Source: an uncultured Christensenella sp. (lineage in GTDB: Bacteria; Bacillota; Clostridia; Christensenellales; UBA3700). From it: 64,000 nt of DNA. The position numbers were made by a program, and so were the translations under genes. Under the pieces are notes generated by a model. The model did no database searches, was not told the DNA's origin, and saw nothing but the letters and a program-made list of their open reading frames with translations. Each line of letters starts with the position of its first letter. Within the stretch, counting starts at the first letter, position 1. Below are positions 27,584-39,171 of the stretch, piece after piece. The stretch spans positions 41,871 through 105,870 of the forward strand of contig CASDWJ010000045.1 of NCBI GenBank assembly GCA_949284695.1, given 5' to 3'.

Positions 27584-27955
27584 TCAGAGCTCCGTGACCG
27601 TATCTATTTCTACGAGCACGTTTTTTGGCAACGTCTTTACCGCAACGCAGGAACGCGCGGGCTTGGACACGAAGTGTTTCGCATACACCGCGTTGAACGC
27701 CGCGAAGTCGTTCATATCGGCAAGGAAGCAAACCGTTTTGACTACCTTGGATATATCGGTACCCGCCGCTTTGAGAAGGTTTTCGACGTTGGTGCAGACG
27801 AGTTCGGTCTGTTCTTCGATCGTTGCGCCCGCTATATTGCCGGTTGCGGGGTCTATAGCTATCTGACCCGAAGTGTAGACCATTCCTCCGCTTATCACAG
27901 CCTGAGAATAAGGTCCTATCGCCTGGGGTGCTTTGTCTGTGCTTACGTATTTCAT
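27584..27955 (-). CDS. ridA: RidA family reactive enamine/imine deaminase (YjgF/UK114)
   Basis: MKYVSTDKAPQAIGPYSQAV...GQI...ARSCVAV...LPKNVLVEID is canonical RidA. Confidence 0.92.
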   Translation of the reverse strand: MKYVSTDKAPQAIGPYSQAVISGGMVYTSGQIAIDPATGNIAGATIEEQTELVCTNVENLLKAAGTDISKVVKTVCFLADMNDFAAFNAVYAKHFVSKPARSCVAVKTLPKNVLVEIDTVTEL

Positions 27956-27973
27956 TTTATGCCTCCGTGTTGA

Positions 27974-29167
27974 TTATACGAGTTTAAATCCTCTTTCCGT
28001 CAGCGTCTTTCTTATCTCTGCGATATGATCGAAATTCTTCGTCTCGACCTGTATGCGCAGGAAACATCCGTTGACGTCGCTGCCCTCGTTGGCTCTCTCG
28101 TGATGTACCGAAATGACGTTGCCGCCGAGATCTGCTATTATCGTCGCGACGTCTTTGAGCTGACCGGGCTTGTCGAGAAGTTCTATCATCAGCATGGTAT
28201 TTCTGCCCGACATCAGCAGACCTCTCTTGATGACCCTCGAGAGGATCGTCACGTCGATGTTACCGCCCGAAAGCAGACAGCACACCTTCTTACCCTCAAC
28301 GGGTATTTTGTTGAAAAGTACAGCCGCGACCGAAACCGCACCCGCGCCCTCGGTGACCAGCTTCTGCTGTTCGATAAGGCTGAGGATTGCCGCAGATATC
28401 TCGTCATCGCTAACGCTTACGATGTCGTCGACGTACTTGCTGCAGAACTCGAAAGTATTCGCGCCCGGCTCTTTGACCGCGATGCCGTCAGCGATCGTAG
28501 AGACGCTGTCCAGTTTCTCTATCTTGTGATCGTGCACGCTGTTGAGCATACTGGGAGCGCCGCTCGCCTGCACGCCGTACACTTTTACGCTCGGCTTGAG
28601 GCACTTGATAGCGTAAGCAACGCCGCTGATGAGTCCGCCTCCGCCGATGGGCACGACTACCGCGTCCACGTTGGGGAGCTGATCGAGGATCTCGAGGCCG
28701 ATCGTACCCTGACCCGCTATGACGTCGATGTCGTCAAACGGGTGTATAAACGTATATCCGCACTCCTCTTTGAGTTGCAGAGCCTTGTTGTAAGCGTCGT
28801 CGTAAACGCCCTTTACGAGGCATATCTCCGCGCCGAGACGTCTTGTGGCTTCGACCTTGGAGATAGGCGCGCCGTCGGGCAGGCAGATCAGAGATTTGAT
28901 GCCGTTTTTGGTTGCCGCGAGCGCGACGCCCTGCGCGTGGTTGCCCGCCGAGCAAGCGATAACTCCTTTTTGCTTTTCTTCGTCGCTGAGTTGCGAGATC
29001 TTGTAATATGCGCCTCTTACCTTGAACGATCCTGTGACCTGAAGGTTTTCCGCCTTGAGGTACACCTCGCATTTTTTGCTGATGTTAGGCGCGTAGATCA
29101 TATCCGTCGGGCGGATCGCCTCTTTGAGGACGAACGCCGCGTGGTATATTTTGTCCAATGTCAACAT
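27974..29167 (-). CDS. ilvA: Threonine ammonia-lyase (threonine dehydratase), single-ACT form
   Basis: PLP lysine motif SFKVRGA, glycine loop GGGGLISG and a C-terminal ACT-like domain. Confidence 0.9.
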   Translation of the reverse strand: MLTLDKIYHAAFVLKEAIRPTDMIYAPNISKKCEVYLKAENLQVTGSFKVRGAYYKISQLSDEEKQKGVIACSAGNHAQGVALAATKNGIKSLICLPDGAPISKVEATRRLGAEICLVKGVYDDAYNKALQLKEECGYTFIHPFDDIDVIAGQGTIGLEILDQLPNVDAVVVPIGGGGLISGVAYAIKCLKPSVKVYGVQASGAPSMLNSVHDHKIEKLDSVSTIADGIAVKEPGANTFEFCSKYVDDIVSVSDDEISAAILSLIEQQKLVTEGAGAVSVAAVLFNKIPVEGKKVCCLLSGGNIDVTILSRVIKRGLLMSGRNTMLMIELLDKPGQLKDVATIIADLGGNVISVHHERANEGSDVNGCFLRIQVETKNFDHIAEIRKTLTERGFKLV

Positions 29168-29177
29168 ATCTTACCTC

Positions 29178-30842
29178 TTATTTGAGCACCGCGCCCTTGT
29201 CCGCACTGGTGACGAGTCTGTAATAACGACTGAGCCAACCCGTCTTGAATCTGGGCTCGGGCATTACCTGAGTTTTTCTTCTTTCTGCGAACTCCTCGTC
29301 GGAAACGTCCGCGCTTATCTTGTGAGCGGGGATATCTATGGTTATCATATCCCCTTCTTTGATAAGACCTATTTCGCCGCCGACCGCCGCCTCGGGACAA
29401 ACGTGTCCGATAGAAGCTCCTCTCGACGCGCCGCTGAACCTGCCGTCCGTGATCAGCGCGACGCTCTTGTCGAGTTTCATTCCTGCGAGCGCGGAGGTGG
29501 GATTGAGCATCTCTCTCATACCGGGACCGCCCTTGGGACCTTCGTATCTGATGACGACGACGTCGCCGTCCTTTATCTTCTTGCCGTATATCGCCTCTAT
29601 TGCCTGATCTTCACCGTCGAATACTCTCGCGGGACCCGTATGCACGAGCATTTCGGGAGCAACCGCACTGCGCTTAACGACGCAACCGTCCTTGGCGATA
29701 TTGCCCCACAGGATAGCGAGTCCGCCCGTGGAAGAATAGGGATTGTCGAGGCTTCTTATCACGTTGTAGTCGAGGACCTTGACGTTTTTGATGTTTTCCG
29801 CAACCGTCTTGCCCGTTACCGTCATGGCTTCGCCGTGGATATATCCGCCCTTGTTCAGCTCGCTGAGCACCGCCTGAACGCCGCCCGCCGCATACAGATC
29901 CTGCATGTGCGTCGGACCTGCGGGAGCGAGGTGGCAGAGGTTGGGCACTTTGTCGCTGTACTCGTTGAAGATGTTCAGATCGAGTTCTACGCCCGCCTCG
30001 TTCGCGATCGCGAGAAGATGCAACACGCTGTTGCTCGAGCAACCGAGAGCCATATCGCAGGTCAGCGCGTTCTGTATCGAAGTCATATTGATGATGTCGC
30101 GCGCCTTGATGCCCTTCTCTATCATGTTCATGATAGCCATACCCGCGTGTTTTGCAAGCACGGTGCGCTCGCTCATAACTGCGGGAATCGTGCCGTTGCC
30201 GGGGAGCGCTATGCCGATCGCCTCGCAGAGGCAGTTCATGCTGTTTGCCGTATACATACCGCTACAGGAGCCGCAAGTCGGGCAAACTTTTTTCTCAAAC
30301 TCGGTCAGACCGTCGTCATCGATGATGCCCGCCTTGTAAGCGCCGACGGCTTCAAACATCTTGGAGAGCGAAACCTCGCATTTGTCGACAATGCCCGCCA
30401 TCATCGGACCACCGCTGACGACGACCGCCGGGATATTCATTCTGACCGCCGCCATGACCATGCCCGGTACGATCTTGTCGCAGTTGGGCACGAGCACTAC
30501 GCCGTCGAGGCAATGCGCGTTGACCATGGTTTCCACGCTGTCGGCGATAAGCTCTCTCGAAGCGAGCGAATAGTGCATACCCGCGTGACCCATCGCGATA
30601 CCGTCGCAAACGCCGATCGAAGGGATCATGATCGGGGTGCCGCCCGCCATTCTGATACCCGCCTTTACGGCTTCGGTCAGCTTGTCGAGATGAATGTGTC
30701 CGGGTACTATGTCGCTATGCGCGGAAACGACTCCGACGAGAGGTCTCTCGAGTTCCTCTTTGGAAAAACCGCACGCATAAAGAAGCGACCTTTGAGGAGC
30801 GGTGTTTGCGCCGCTCGTAAGATATTTACTGCGAAGTTCCAT
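29178..30842 (-). CDS. ilvD: Dihydroxy-acid dehydratase
   Basis: A 554-aa IlvD with [23 protein letters not shown] and TDGRFSG motifs. Confidence 0.95.
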   Translation of the reverse strand: MELRSKYLTSGANTAPQRSLLYACGFSKEELERPLVGVVSAHSDIVPGHIHLDKLTEAVKAGIRMAGGTPIMIPSIGVCDGIAMGHAGMHYSLASRELIADSVETMVNAHCLDGVVLVPNCDKIVPGMVMAAVRMNIPAVVVSGGPMMAGIVDKCEVSLSKMFEAVGAYKAGIIDDDGLTEFEKKVCPTCGSCSGMYTANSMNCLCEAIGIALPGNGTIPAVMSERTVLAKHAGMAIMNMIEKGIKARDIINMTSIQNALTCDMALGCSSNSVLHLLAIANEAGVELDLNIFNEYSDKVPNLCHLAPAGPTHMQDLYAAGGVQAVLSELNKGGYIHGEAMTVTGKTVAENIKNVKVLDYNVIRSLDNPYSSTGGLAILWGNIAKDGCVVKRSAVAPEMLVHTGPARVFDGEDQAIEAIYGKKIKDGDVVVIRYEGPKGGPGMREMLNPTSALAGMKLDKSVALITDGRFSGASRGASIGHVCPEAAVGGEIGLIKEGDMITIDIPAHKISADVSDEEFAERRKTQVMPEPRFKTGWLSRYYRLVTSADKGAVLK

Positions 30843-30914
30843 ATTTGTCTCCTTAAACTAAGTCGCTCTGCAAAGGCAAAGCGACTTAAAAATGTGTATC
30901 GGTTGTCTTGCCTC

Positions 30915-31967
<1,053 letters not shown>

Positions 31968-33626
31968 TTACATGACGATGTCGTCGATAGAGCCGCCGGG
32001 CGGTATCATCGGGAGAACTTTTTCGTCTCTGTCGATGACCGCGTCGATTATGCAGGGTCTGCCGCTTGCGAGCGCCTGCTTGAGCGCCGCGTCAAGTTCC
32101 TCAACCGTCGTGGCTCTGAAGCCGAGCGCGCCGAACGCCTCTGCGAGTTTGACGTAATCGGTCTTTCTGTCGAGCGTCGTGCAGGAATATCTCTTGCCGT
32201 AGAACTGCGTCTGCCACTGTCTGACCATGCCGAGCACGTGGTTGTTGACGACCACCGTGATTATGGGCAGATTGTAAGAGACCGCGGTGCACATCTCGTT
32301 CATATTCATATGGAACGAGCCGTCGCCCGTGATCATCACTACTCTGCGGTCGGGTCTCGCTACCTGCGCGCCTATCGATGCGCCGTAACCGAAACCCATC
32401 GTGCCGAGGCCGCCCGAAGTGACGAAATGGCGGGGCTTTGTGCGCCTTGCGTACTGCGCCGCCCACATCTGGTGCTGACCTACGTCGGTCGTAACGATAT
32501 CGTCCTCCGTGATGTTGTCCGCAACGCATCCGATGATCTGGTGCGGACGGAGAACTCCCGCCACGTCCTTGGGCTTGTAATCCTTGCTTCTCCAGTCGTC
32601 GATCTTTGCGATCCAGTCCTTATGCTCCGTCTTTCTGACGAGCGGGAGAAGTTTCTGCAGCACGTCCTTGACGTCGCCGACAACGCTGAGGTTGCACGGG
32701 ATATTCTTGTTTATCTCTGCGGCGTCTATATCGATATGAATGATCGCCGCCTTGGTAGCGAATCTGTTCTTGTCCGTCGCGACACGGTCGGAAAAACGCG
32801 TGCCGACCGCGATCAGCACGTCGCTGTCAGCGCACATCCTGCCCGCGCTCATGCTGCCGTGCATACCCACGAGACCGAGGTTGAGAGGATCGTTGCAATC
32901 GAGCACGCCAGCCGCCATAAGCGTGTGGCAACCGGGGATATCAGCCTTGTGCATAAGTTCCGTCAGTTCGTCCTGCGCGCCGCTCGTCTGAACGCCGCCG
33001 CCGAAAAGAACGGCGGGCTTCTTCGCGTTGTTGATGAGTTCCGCCACCTTGGCGATCTCCTCGTCCGTGACTTCGGGTACGGGAGCCGCAAGCACAGCGG
33101 GCTTCTTCTCGTACTCGCACTCCGCGCTCGTGACGTCCTTGGTGATGTCGACGAGAACGGGGCCTGGTCTGCCGCTCTTGGCGATCTTGAAAGCAAGACG
33201 GATCGTATCTGCAAGATCTTCTACTTTGCGCACTACGAAATTGTGCTTGGTGATGGGCATCGTGATGCCCGCGATGTACACTTCCTGAAAACTGTCGAGA
33301 CCGATAAGGTTGTTGGAGACGTTGCCGGTAATGGCTACGACGGGAACGCTGTCCATAAACGCGGTCGCGATACCCGTGATGAGGTTGGTCGCTCCCGGTC
33401 CCGAAGTCGCAAGCACCACGCCGGTCTTGCCGGTAACGCGCGCATAGCCGTCGGCGGCGTGCGCCGCGCCCTGCTCGTGAGCCGTGATGATGTGCCTTAT
33501 CCTGTCCTGATTCTTGTACAAAGCGTCGTAGATGTTGAGCACCGCTCCGCCCGGATAGCCGAATATGGTGTCCACGCCCTGTTCAAGAAGAGTTTCAACT
33601 AAAATTTGAGAACCGTTCAACTTCAT
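31968..33626 (-). CDS. ilvB: Acetolactate synthase large (catalytic) subunit, biosynthetic type
   Basis: MKLNGSQILVETLLEQGVDTIFGYPGG and ThDP motif GDGSFHMNMNE...NN. ATG 33626 is preferred over the ORF-track start 33656. Confidence 0.92.
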   Translation of the reverse strand: MKLNGSQILVETLLEQGVDTIFGYPGGAVLNIYDALYKNQDRIRHIITAHEQGAAHAADGYARVTGKTGVVLATSGPGATNLITGIATAFMDSVPVVAITGNVSNNLIGLDSFQEVYIAGITMPITKHNFVVRKVEDLADTIRLAFKIAKSGRPGPVLVDITKDVTSAECEYEKKPAVLAAPVPEVTDEEIAKVAELINNAKKPAVLFGGGVQTSGAQDELTELMHKADIPGCHTLMAAGVLDCNDPLNLGLVGMHGSMSAGRMCADSDVLIAVGTRFSDRVATDKNRFATKAAIIHIDIDAAEINKNIPCNLSVVGDVKDVLQKLLPLVRKTEHKDWIAKIDDWRSKDYKPKDVAGVLRPHQIIGCVADNITEDDIVTTDVGQHQMWAAQYARRTKPRHFVTSGGLGTMGFGYGASIGAQVARPDRRVVMITGDGSFHMNMNEMCTAVSYNLPIITVVVNNHVLGMVRQWQTQFYGKRYSCTTLDRKTDYVKLAEAFGALGFRATTVEELDAALKQALASGRPCIIDAVIDRDEKVLPMIPPGGSIDDIVM

Positions 33627-33704
33627 AATCCCTCGCAATTCACACTTCCGCGCCACGCACCGCCATTCCGGCGATCCCGCACGCGGTAATTCAGATTAAC
33701 TAAT

Positions 33705-33733
33705 ATAATATTATAAAAGCCCTTCAAAGTCAA
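33705..33733 (-). promoter_or_regulatory. Candidate sigma-A promoter of the ilv cluster
   Basis: -35 TTGACT (33733-33728), a 17-nt spacer and -10 TATTAT (33710-33705), about 80 nt upstream of the ilvB ATG. Confidence 0.45.
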
Positions 33734-33978
33734 GTGTATTCTTGTTTTTTTTACTCGTTGCGACGCTTTTCGCGCGTATTTTCGCATAGCGTGCGCGCCC
33801 GTATAACGTTTGATTTATTTTATGCGGATACGGTGAATATTTATTAAATATGACCGCGCCGTTGCGGACGTACAAAATACGTCTTTTTCCCTGCGCAAAA
33901 GAAAATGCGTTTTGCTTTTCGCGCAGTCGCCGACACGCGATCTCTCCTGCCGCATCAAAGTTTCTGCCCGCCTTGCAC

Positions 33979-34004
33979 AAAAAAGCGGAGCCTTACGGCC
34001 CCGC
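33979..34004 (-). terminator. Rho-independent terminator after icd
   Basis: Minus strand reads gcggggcc-gtaa-ggctccgc followed by tttttt. Confidence 0.85.
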
Positions 34005-34025
34005 GCGATTTATCTGATTGTTGCG

Positions 34026-35228
34026 TCAGGCAAGTTTTTCTGCGATCTTTCTGAGGAAATCCTCGGTCTGAAGGGTAACGGGTTCTCTGTCTCCTTTGAA
34101 AAGCGCCGCGAGGTCTCCCGTCATATAGCCTTCCTCTATCGTGGATATGGTCGCCTTTTCGAGCTTTTCGGCAAACGCGCTGAGTTCTTCGTTGCCGTCC
34201 ATCTGCGCGCGTTTTGCAAGCGCTCCGCTCCATGCAAAAATGGTAGCCACGGGATTGGTGGAGGTGGGCTTGCCTTCGCGGTACTTGTAATAGTGACGGG
34301 TGACGGTGCCGTGCGCCGCCTCGTATTCGTAATTGCCGTCGGGCGAAACGAGCACCGAGGTCATCATCGCGAGCGAGCCGAACGCGGTCGCGACCATATC
34401 GCTCATGACGTCGCCGTCGTAGTTCTTGCACGCCCAGATCATACCGCCGTTACTGCGGACGACCCTCGCAACAGCGTCGTCGATAAGCGTGTAGAAATAG
34501 GTTATGCCCGCCTCCTCGAATCTGCTCTTATACTCCTTGTCGTATATCTGCCGGAAGATGTCCTTGAACCTGTGGTCGTAGGTCTTGGATATGGTATCTT
34601 TGGTGGAAAACCAGAGATCCTGCCTGGTGTCGAGCGCATAATTGAAACAGCTTCTCGCAAAACTGGTTATGCTGTTGTCGGTATTGTGCATGCCGAGCAC
34701 CACGCCGCCCGTCTTTGAGAAATCGAATATCTCGATGATCCTCTCGTTGTCGGAGCCGTTGACGACAAGCTTCGCGCTCTCGCCCTTTTTGACGTAAGCC
34801 TCGACGTCCTTGTACACGTCGCCGTAAGCGTGTCTCGCGATCGTTATCGGAGCCGTCCATGTGGGAATGTACGGATTGATGCCCTTGACGAGTATCGGCG
34901 CGCGGAAAACGGTGCCGTCGAGTATCGCCCTTATCGTGCCGTTGGGGCTTTTCCACATCTGCGAGAGGTTGTATTCGGTCACTCTCTGCGCGTTGGGAGT
35001 GATCGTGGCGCACTTTACTCCTACGCCGTAAGTCTTGATCGCGTTGGCGGCGTCGTGGGTGACCTTGTCGCCCGTGCGCTCGCGGTTGACGAGCCCGAGG
35101 TCGTAATACTCGGTGCGCAGATTGACGTAGGGTTTGATGAGAATATCCTTGATCCAACCCCAGATGATTCTTGTCATTTCGTCTCCGTCCATCTCGACGA
35201 TGGGCGTAGTCATTTTGATTTTATCCAT
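34026..35228 (-). CDS. icd: NADP-dependent isocitrate dehydrogenase (subfamily II, eukaryote-like ~400 aa)
   Basis: PIVEMDGDEMTRIIW and KCATITPN are typical of IDH1-like enzymes. Confidence 0.9.
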   Translation of the reverse strand: MDKIKMTTPIVEMDGDEMTRIIWGWIKDILIKPYVNLRTEYYDLGLVNRERTGDKVTHDAANAIKTYGVGVKCATITPNAQRVTEYNLSQMWKSPNGTIRAILDGTVFRAPILVKGINPYIPTWTAPITIARHAYGDVYKDVEAYVKKGESAKLVVNGSDNERIIEIFDFSKTGGVVLGMHNTDNSITSFARSCFNYALDTRQDLWFSTKDTISKTYDHRFKDIFRQIYDKEYKSRFEEAGITYFYTLIDDAVARVVRSNGGMIWACKNYDGDVMSDMVATAFGSLAMMTSVLVSPDGNYEYEAAHGTVTRHYYKYREGKPTSTNPVATIFAWSGALAKRAQMDGNEELSAFAEKLEKATISTIEEGYMTGDLAALFKGDREPVTLQTEDFLRKIAEKLA

Positions 35229-35276
35229 CGGTAACTCCGTTCGGCAAAAGCCGCAAAAAATTTTCTTTTGAAATGA

Positions 35277-36419
35277 TTATAATATTTTACCGTGCATTTT
35301 GCAAGCGTTTGCCGAACTTTTGCCGTACACGCACAACACTTTTGAGTCAAATTTTGCCTTTTTTGCGCTTTTCGCCCGTGCGAGCGCGTCGTCCACCGCG
35401 CATCCGACCACGTCGGCATACCCCATTCCGTTTTCCGCGAACAGATATGTAGCAAGGCTTCCAGGCACGGTGTTCGCCTCGTTGATATATATCTTTCCGT
35501 CCGTGTTGTCGAGAAGGAAGTCTATCCTGACCACTCCTTTCGCGCCGATACCCTTATATGCCGCGACCGCCGCGTCCCTGACCTCGGAGCGCACGCGCGG
35601 AGGCACTTTTGCGGGATACACCCTGCCGCCGCCCGACAACTTCCCGCCGCCGTCGAGATATTTTTCCTCAAAGGACAGGAACTGCTCCCAGCTGAGCGGC
35701 TGTTCGAGTTCGGAAGCGAGCGTCACCCCGTCTTTTACGAGCACGGCGCAGTTGAGTTCCGTGAAATCCGTCAGCGCCTTTTCGCATATCGCGCGGTCGT
35801 CGAACGCGAGCGCGGTCTCTATCGCCGCCGCAAGCTCGAGCGCGTCTTTCGCGACGGCAATGCCTATGGACGAGCCCTGCGCGACGGGCTTTACGATAAC
35901 GGGATATCCGAGACTGCTTTCCGCGAGCCGCACGCTCTCCTCCGACGCGTCCCGGACTGTGACGTACGGGGTCACGTTGAGACCGAGCGAAGCGAAAAGG
36001 GTCTTGGACAATGCCTTGTCCATACCTATCGCGCTCGCCGCCACTCCCGCCGAAGTATACGGCAGTCCTATCACGTCGAGGTAACCCTGCAGCGCGCCGT
36101 TTTCACCGTTGCCGCCGTGCGTACAGACGAGACAGCAATCGGGACGTATCAGCAACTTTCTGCGCGCAAATCCGTCGATATATACGCCGTCTCTTTCGAG
36201 ATAAGCGCGCTTTTTCTTGCTCTTTTTTCCGATATAACTCTTTATGTTGTCCGCACCCGAGACTATGTAGAACGCGCCGTTCTCGATCAGGAGCGGACAG
36301 ATCGCATAGTTGCGTGACAGCGACTTCATCGCCTGCACCGCGGTGATCACCGATATGTCGCGTTCGGTGGAATCGCCGCCGTAGATCAACGCGAGCGCGC
36401 ATTTTTGTCTGTTTTCCAT
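35277..36419 (-). CDS. ddl: D-alanine--D-alanine ligase
   Basis: IYGGDSTERDISV, VIVKPVAQGSSIG and an ATP-grasp C-terminus (INEANTVPG). ATG 36419 has a GGAGGGA RBS. Confidence 0.9.
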   Translation of the reverse strand: MENRQKCALALIYGGDSTERDISVITAVQAMKSLSRNYAICPLLIENGAFYIVSGADNIKSYIGKKSKKKRAYLERDGVYIDGFARRKLLIRPDCCLVCTHGGNGENGALQGYLDVIGLPYTSAGVAASAIGMDKALSKTLFASLGLNVTPYVTVRDASEESVRLAESSLGYPVIVKPVAQGSSIGIAVAKDALELAAAIETALAFDDRAICEKALTDFTELNCAVLVKDGVTLASELEQPLSWEQFLSFEEKYLDGGGKLSGGGRVYPAKVPPRVRSEVRDAAVAAYKGIGAKGVVRIDFLLDNTDGKIYINEANTVPGSLATYLFAENGMGYADVVGCAVDDALARAKSAKKAKFDSKVLCVYGKSSANACKMHGKIL

Positions 36420-36430
36420 AATATCCCTCC

Positions 36431-38008
36431 TCAATACCCGTCGGGCAGGTCGTTTTCTATCAGGAGCACGTCTCCGCGCCTGAGTATATGAGAAAACAGT
36501 TCCTGCGCGGCGGCAAGATTGCTTTTGACGAATACGTCTGTTTCCTTCATTCCCGCAGACAGAGCGCCCTGTCTCATATCGTCCGCATTGGGACCGATAA
36601 GCACGGCGATATCGGCGGCGAAAGCTATCTCTCTGCCGAGCGCGAAGTTGGCGTCTCTGCCGCTCTTGCCCATCTCGACGAGTCCCTGACAGGCGACTAT
36701 CCTGCGCCCGTCGAACGATTTCAACACCTGAAGCGCCGCTCTCGCGCCCTGTTCGTTTGAGTTGTACCCGTCGTCTATCACAGTCACGCCGTTGTCTGTC
36801 GGCACGAGCTCGAGTCTGTGCGGTACGGGTTTGAGCCTGCCTGCGGCAGCGGCTATCCTTTCAGGCGACACTCCCATACCGTAAGCCACCGCGGCGGCAA
36901 GCGTTATATTGCTGACGTTGTGCGCGCCGAGAAGCGGAGTGCGGCACACGACCTTTTCGCCGCCCGAGAACACGAGCGTGAACTCGCTGCCGTCCTTGCC
37001 CGTCCTGATATGCGAAGCGAAGCACTCCCCGCCCGCTCCGACGCGGTATTTTTCGCCCGCGTTTTCTCTGTACATCAGTTTGCAGTAGTCGTTGTCCGTA
37101 TTGAAATAGCTTTTGCCTCCTCTCTCCGCGACGTAGTCAGAAAGCTCGGACTTGGCGGCGATAATATTCTCCAGAGAGCCGAAGGTTGCGAGGTGCTGGG
37201 CGGCTATGCCCGTTATCACCGCGATCGCGGGCTTCACGATATCGCAAAGCAGGCTGACGTCTCCCTTTCGTTTCGCGCCCATTTCCGCGACGAACACCTG
37301 CGTGTCGTCGGGCATATCGCGCACGCTGATACAGATACCCATCGGGGTATTGTAGCTTGCGGGAGTGGCGTATACCCTGTACTTTTCGCAAAGAAAAGCG
37401 GCGAGTATGTTCTTCACGCCCGTCTTGCCGTAGCTTCCCGTGACGCCTATTCTGACCAAGTCCGTTTTTGCGTCCAGCGCCTTTTTGCAACCTTCGGTAT
37501 ATATTCGGGCAACGGCTTGTTCTATCGGATGAGAAATTGCCGCGCACAGCGCGAAAAGCGCGGGCGACAGAATATACGCGAGCGGCAGGAACGCGAAGTC
37601 AAACCGCACGCCGTTTACTACGACGAGTCTTCCCGCCGCGCAGAGCGCAACGCACGACGCCGTCGCAAGAACAAAGAATACAAGGCAGAACCGCACGCAT
37701 CTTTTTGTGAACTTCAGCGGCGTCCTCGCCCATCTATCCTTGTGCGCGAAGTAAAACCACACCGCGCCGAGAATACAAAAAAGTACATAAAAATGTCCGC
37801 CGTATTTCAACCCGCCCGCCGCGCTTACGAAATAGGTGACGTAAGCCGCCAAGGCATTTACCGCGCCGTATGCAGACATGGACAACGCGAGCCTTTTGAT
37901 CTTTTTCGACCCGTCCGCTCTGTAGCCTCCGAGCTGATAGAAATTGAGAAGTCTCACCGAGACGAGACACAAAAGCGCGCCGTTGAGCGCCGCCTCAAAC
38001 CACTCCAT
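36431..38008 (-). CDS. murF: UDP-MurNAc-tripeptide--D-alanyl-D-alanine ligase with an atypical multi-TM N-terminal region
   Basis: Mur ligase P-loop GVTGSYGKTG sits at about residue 190, and the central and C-terminal Mur domains follow. The first ~170 aa are hydrophobic helices instead of the usual soluble domain 1. Confidence 0.8.
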   Translation of the reverse strand: MEWFEAALNGALLCLVSVRLLNFYQLGGYRADGSKKIKRLALSMSAYGAVNALAAYVTYFVSAAGGLKYGGHFYVLFCILGAVWFYFAHKDRWARTPLKFTKRCVRFCLVFFVLATASCVALCAAGRLVVVNGVRFDFAFLPLAYILSPALFALCAAISHPIEQAVARIYTEGCKKALDAKTDLVRIGVTGSYGKTGVKNILAAFLCEKYRVYATPASYNTPMGICISVRDMPDDTQVFVAEMGAKRKGDVSLLCDIVKPAIAVITGIAAQHLATFGSLENIIAAKSELSDYVAERGGKSYFNTDNDYCKLMYRENAGEKYRVGAGGECFASHIRTGKDGSEFTLVFSGGEKVVCRTPLLGAHNVSNITLAAAVAYGMGVSPERIAAAAGRLKPVPHRLELVPTDNGVTVIDDGYNSNEQGARAALQVLKSFDGRRIVACQGLVEMGKSGRDANFALGREIAFAADIAVLIGPNADDMRQGALSAGMKETDVFVKSNLAAAQELFSHILRRGDVLLIENDLPDGY

Positions 38009-38732
38009 ACCACACCCCCTCGACAAAACTGCGCACTACCGCGGTATAGACGGCAAGGTTTTGTATATAACAGAAATGCCCGCCGTCAAGCGTGACGATC
38101 TCGCAGTCTCTTATCAACCTTTTGAAGCGTTTTGCCATATAAAAAGGCGTATCTGCGTCATCTTTTCCCCATACGGTCAACGTCGGGCACGCTATCTTCG
38201 CGCACTCTTTTTCGGTATATCTGTTGACTACGTTGACAAAGGTCTTTTTCATCACGCCTTCGAGTGCCCTGTAATCTTCGGAGCCTGCGCCCGAGACGTC
38301 AAACCCGAGTTTTCTTCTGAGTTTGAAAAGGAATATCTTCAGATAATAGCTTATACCGCGCCGAGGTCTGAGACCCGCGCCGTCCGTGATAACAAAACCG
38401 ACGACTCTCTCGGGGTGATAAGCGGCGATGCACGCGCCCACTCTGCATCCGAAAGAATGACCGACCAATACGGCTTTTTCCATTCCGATTTCGTCCATAA
38501 GCGCGAGCACGTCGTCGCAATAGTCCTCAAGAGTCCTTACCCTGTCTGCGGGCGACGCACCGAAGCCCGCGAAATCGAGAAGCAGTCTGTCTGTTCCGCC
38601 GAGTTGTTCTGCGACGGGCAAAAAAGAAAGGACGCCGCCTCCCCAGCCGTGCAAAAACACGATGGCGGGCGCGCCGTCCTTGTCGCTCTTTATGTATTCG
38701 TAATTGATGTTATCCGCGCTTAAAATCGTCAT
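37995..38732 (-). CDS. Alpha/beta-fold hydrolase
   Basis: HGWGG oxyanion region, nucleophile elbow GHSFG and a C-terminal His region (GGHFC). Confidence 0.75.
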   Translation of the reverse strand: MTILSADNINYEYIKSDKDGAPAIVFLHGWGGGVLSFLPVAEQLGGTDRLLLDFAGFGASPADRVRTLEDYCDDVLALMDEIGMEKAVLVGHSFGCRVGACIAAYHPERVVGFVITDGAGLRPRRGISYYLKIFLFKLRRKLGFDVSGAGSEDYRALEGVMKKTFVNVVNRYTEKECAKIACPTLTVWGKDDADTPFYMAKRFKRLIRDCEIVTLDGGHFCYIQNLAVYTAVVRSFVEGVWYGVV

Positions 38733-39171
38733 TACCTCCGACGTTCAACCAATAGATTATAGCGTCTTCGGTATTCTGATAAAAATTCTTCCTTATTCCG
38801 CCGACCTTGAAGCCGAAGGATTCGTAAAGTTTTCTCGCGATCACGTTGGAACTTCTCACTTCCAAGGTCAGTCCTTCGAGCCCCGCGAGGGAAGCCGTAT
38901 AGACCATATCGCGCATAAGTTCTTTGCCTATTCCCCTGCCGCGCGCGTCCTCTCTCACCGCCACGTTGTTGACGTATCCGTCGCCGCATACGCAGTTGTA
39001 GCTGTAATATCCCGCGACCCTGCCGTCCTCGAGATACACTCTCGCGACGACGCCGTATCTGCCGCAGATCTCCTCGATCTGTCTTTCGCTCCACGGCTCG
39101 GCGAACGTGGCTTTTTCTATCGCGGCGACCTCTTTTGCGTGCGCCGCAAGCATATCTGTCACGTTAGTCAC
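38710..39171 (-). CDS. rimI: Ribosomal-protein-alanine N-acetyltransferase (GNAT)
   Basis: GNAT motif VREDARGRGIGKELM, positioned after tsaB as is typical for rimI. Confidence 0.8.
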   Translation of the reverse strand: MTNVTDMLAAHAKEVAAIEKATFAEPWSERQIEEICGRYGVVARVYLEDGRVAGYYSYNCVCGDGYVNNVAVREDARGRGIGKELMRDMVYTASLAGLEGLTLEVRSSNVIARKLYESFGFKVGGIRKNFYQNTEDAIIYWLNVGGNDDFKRG

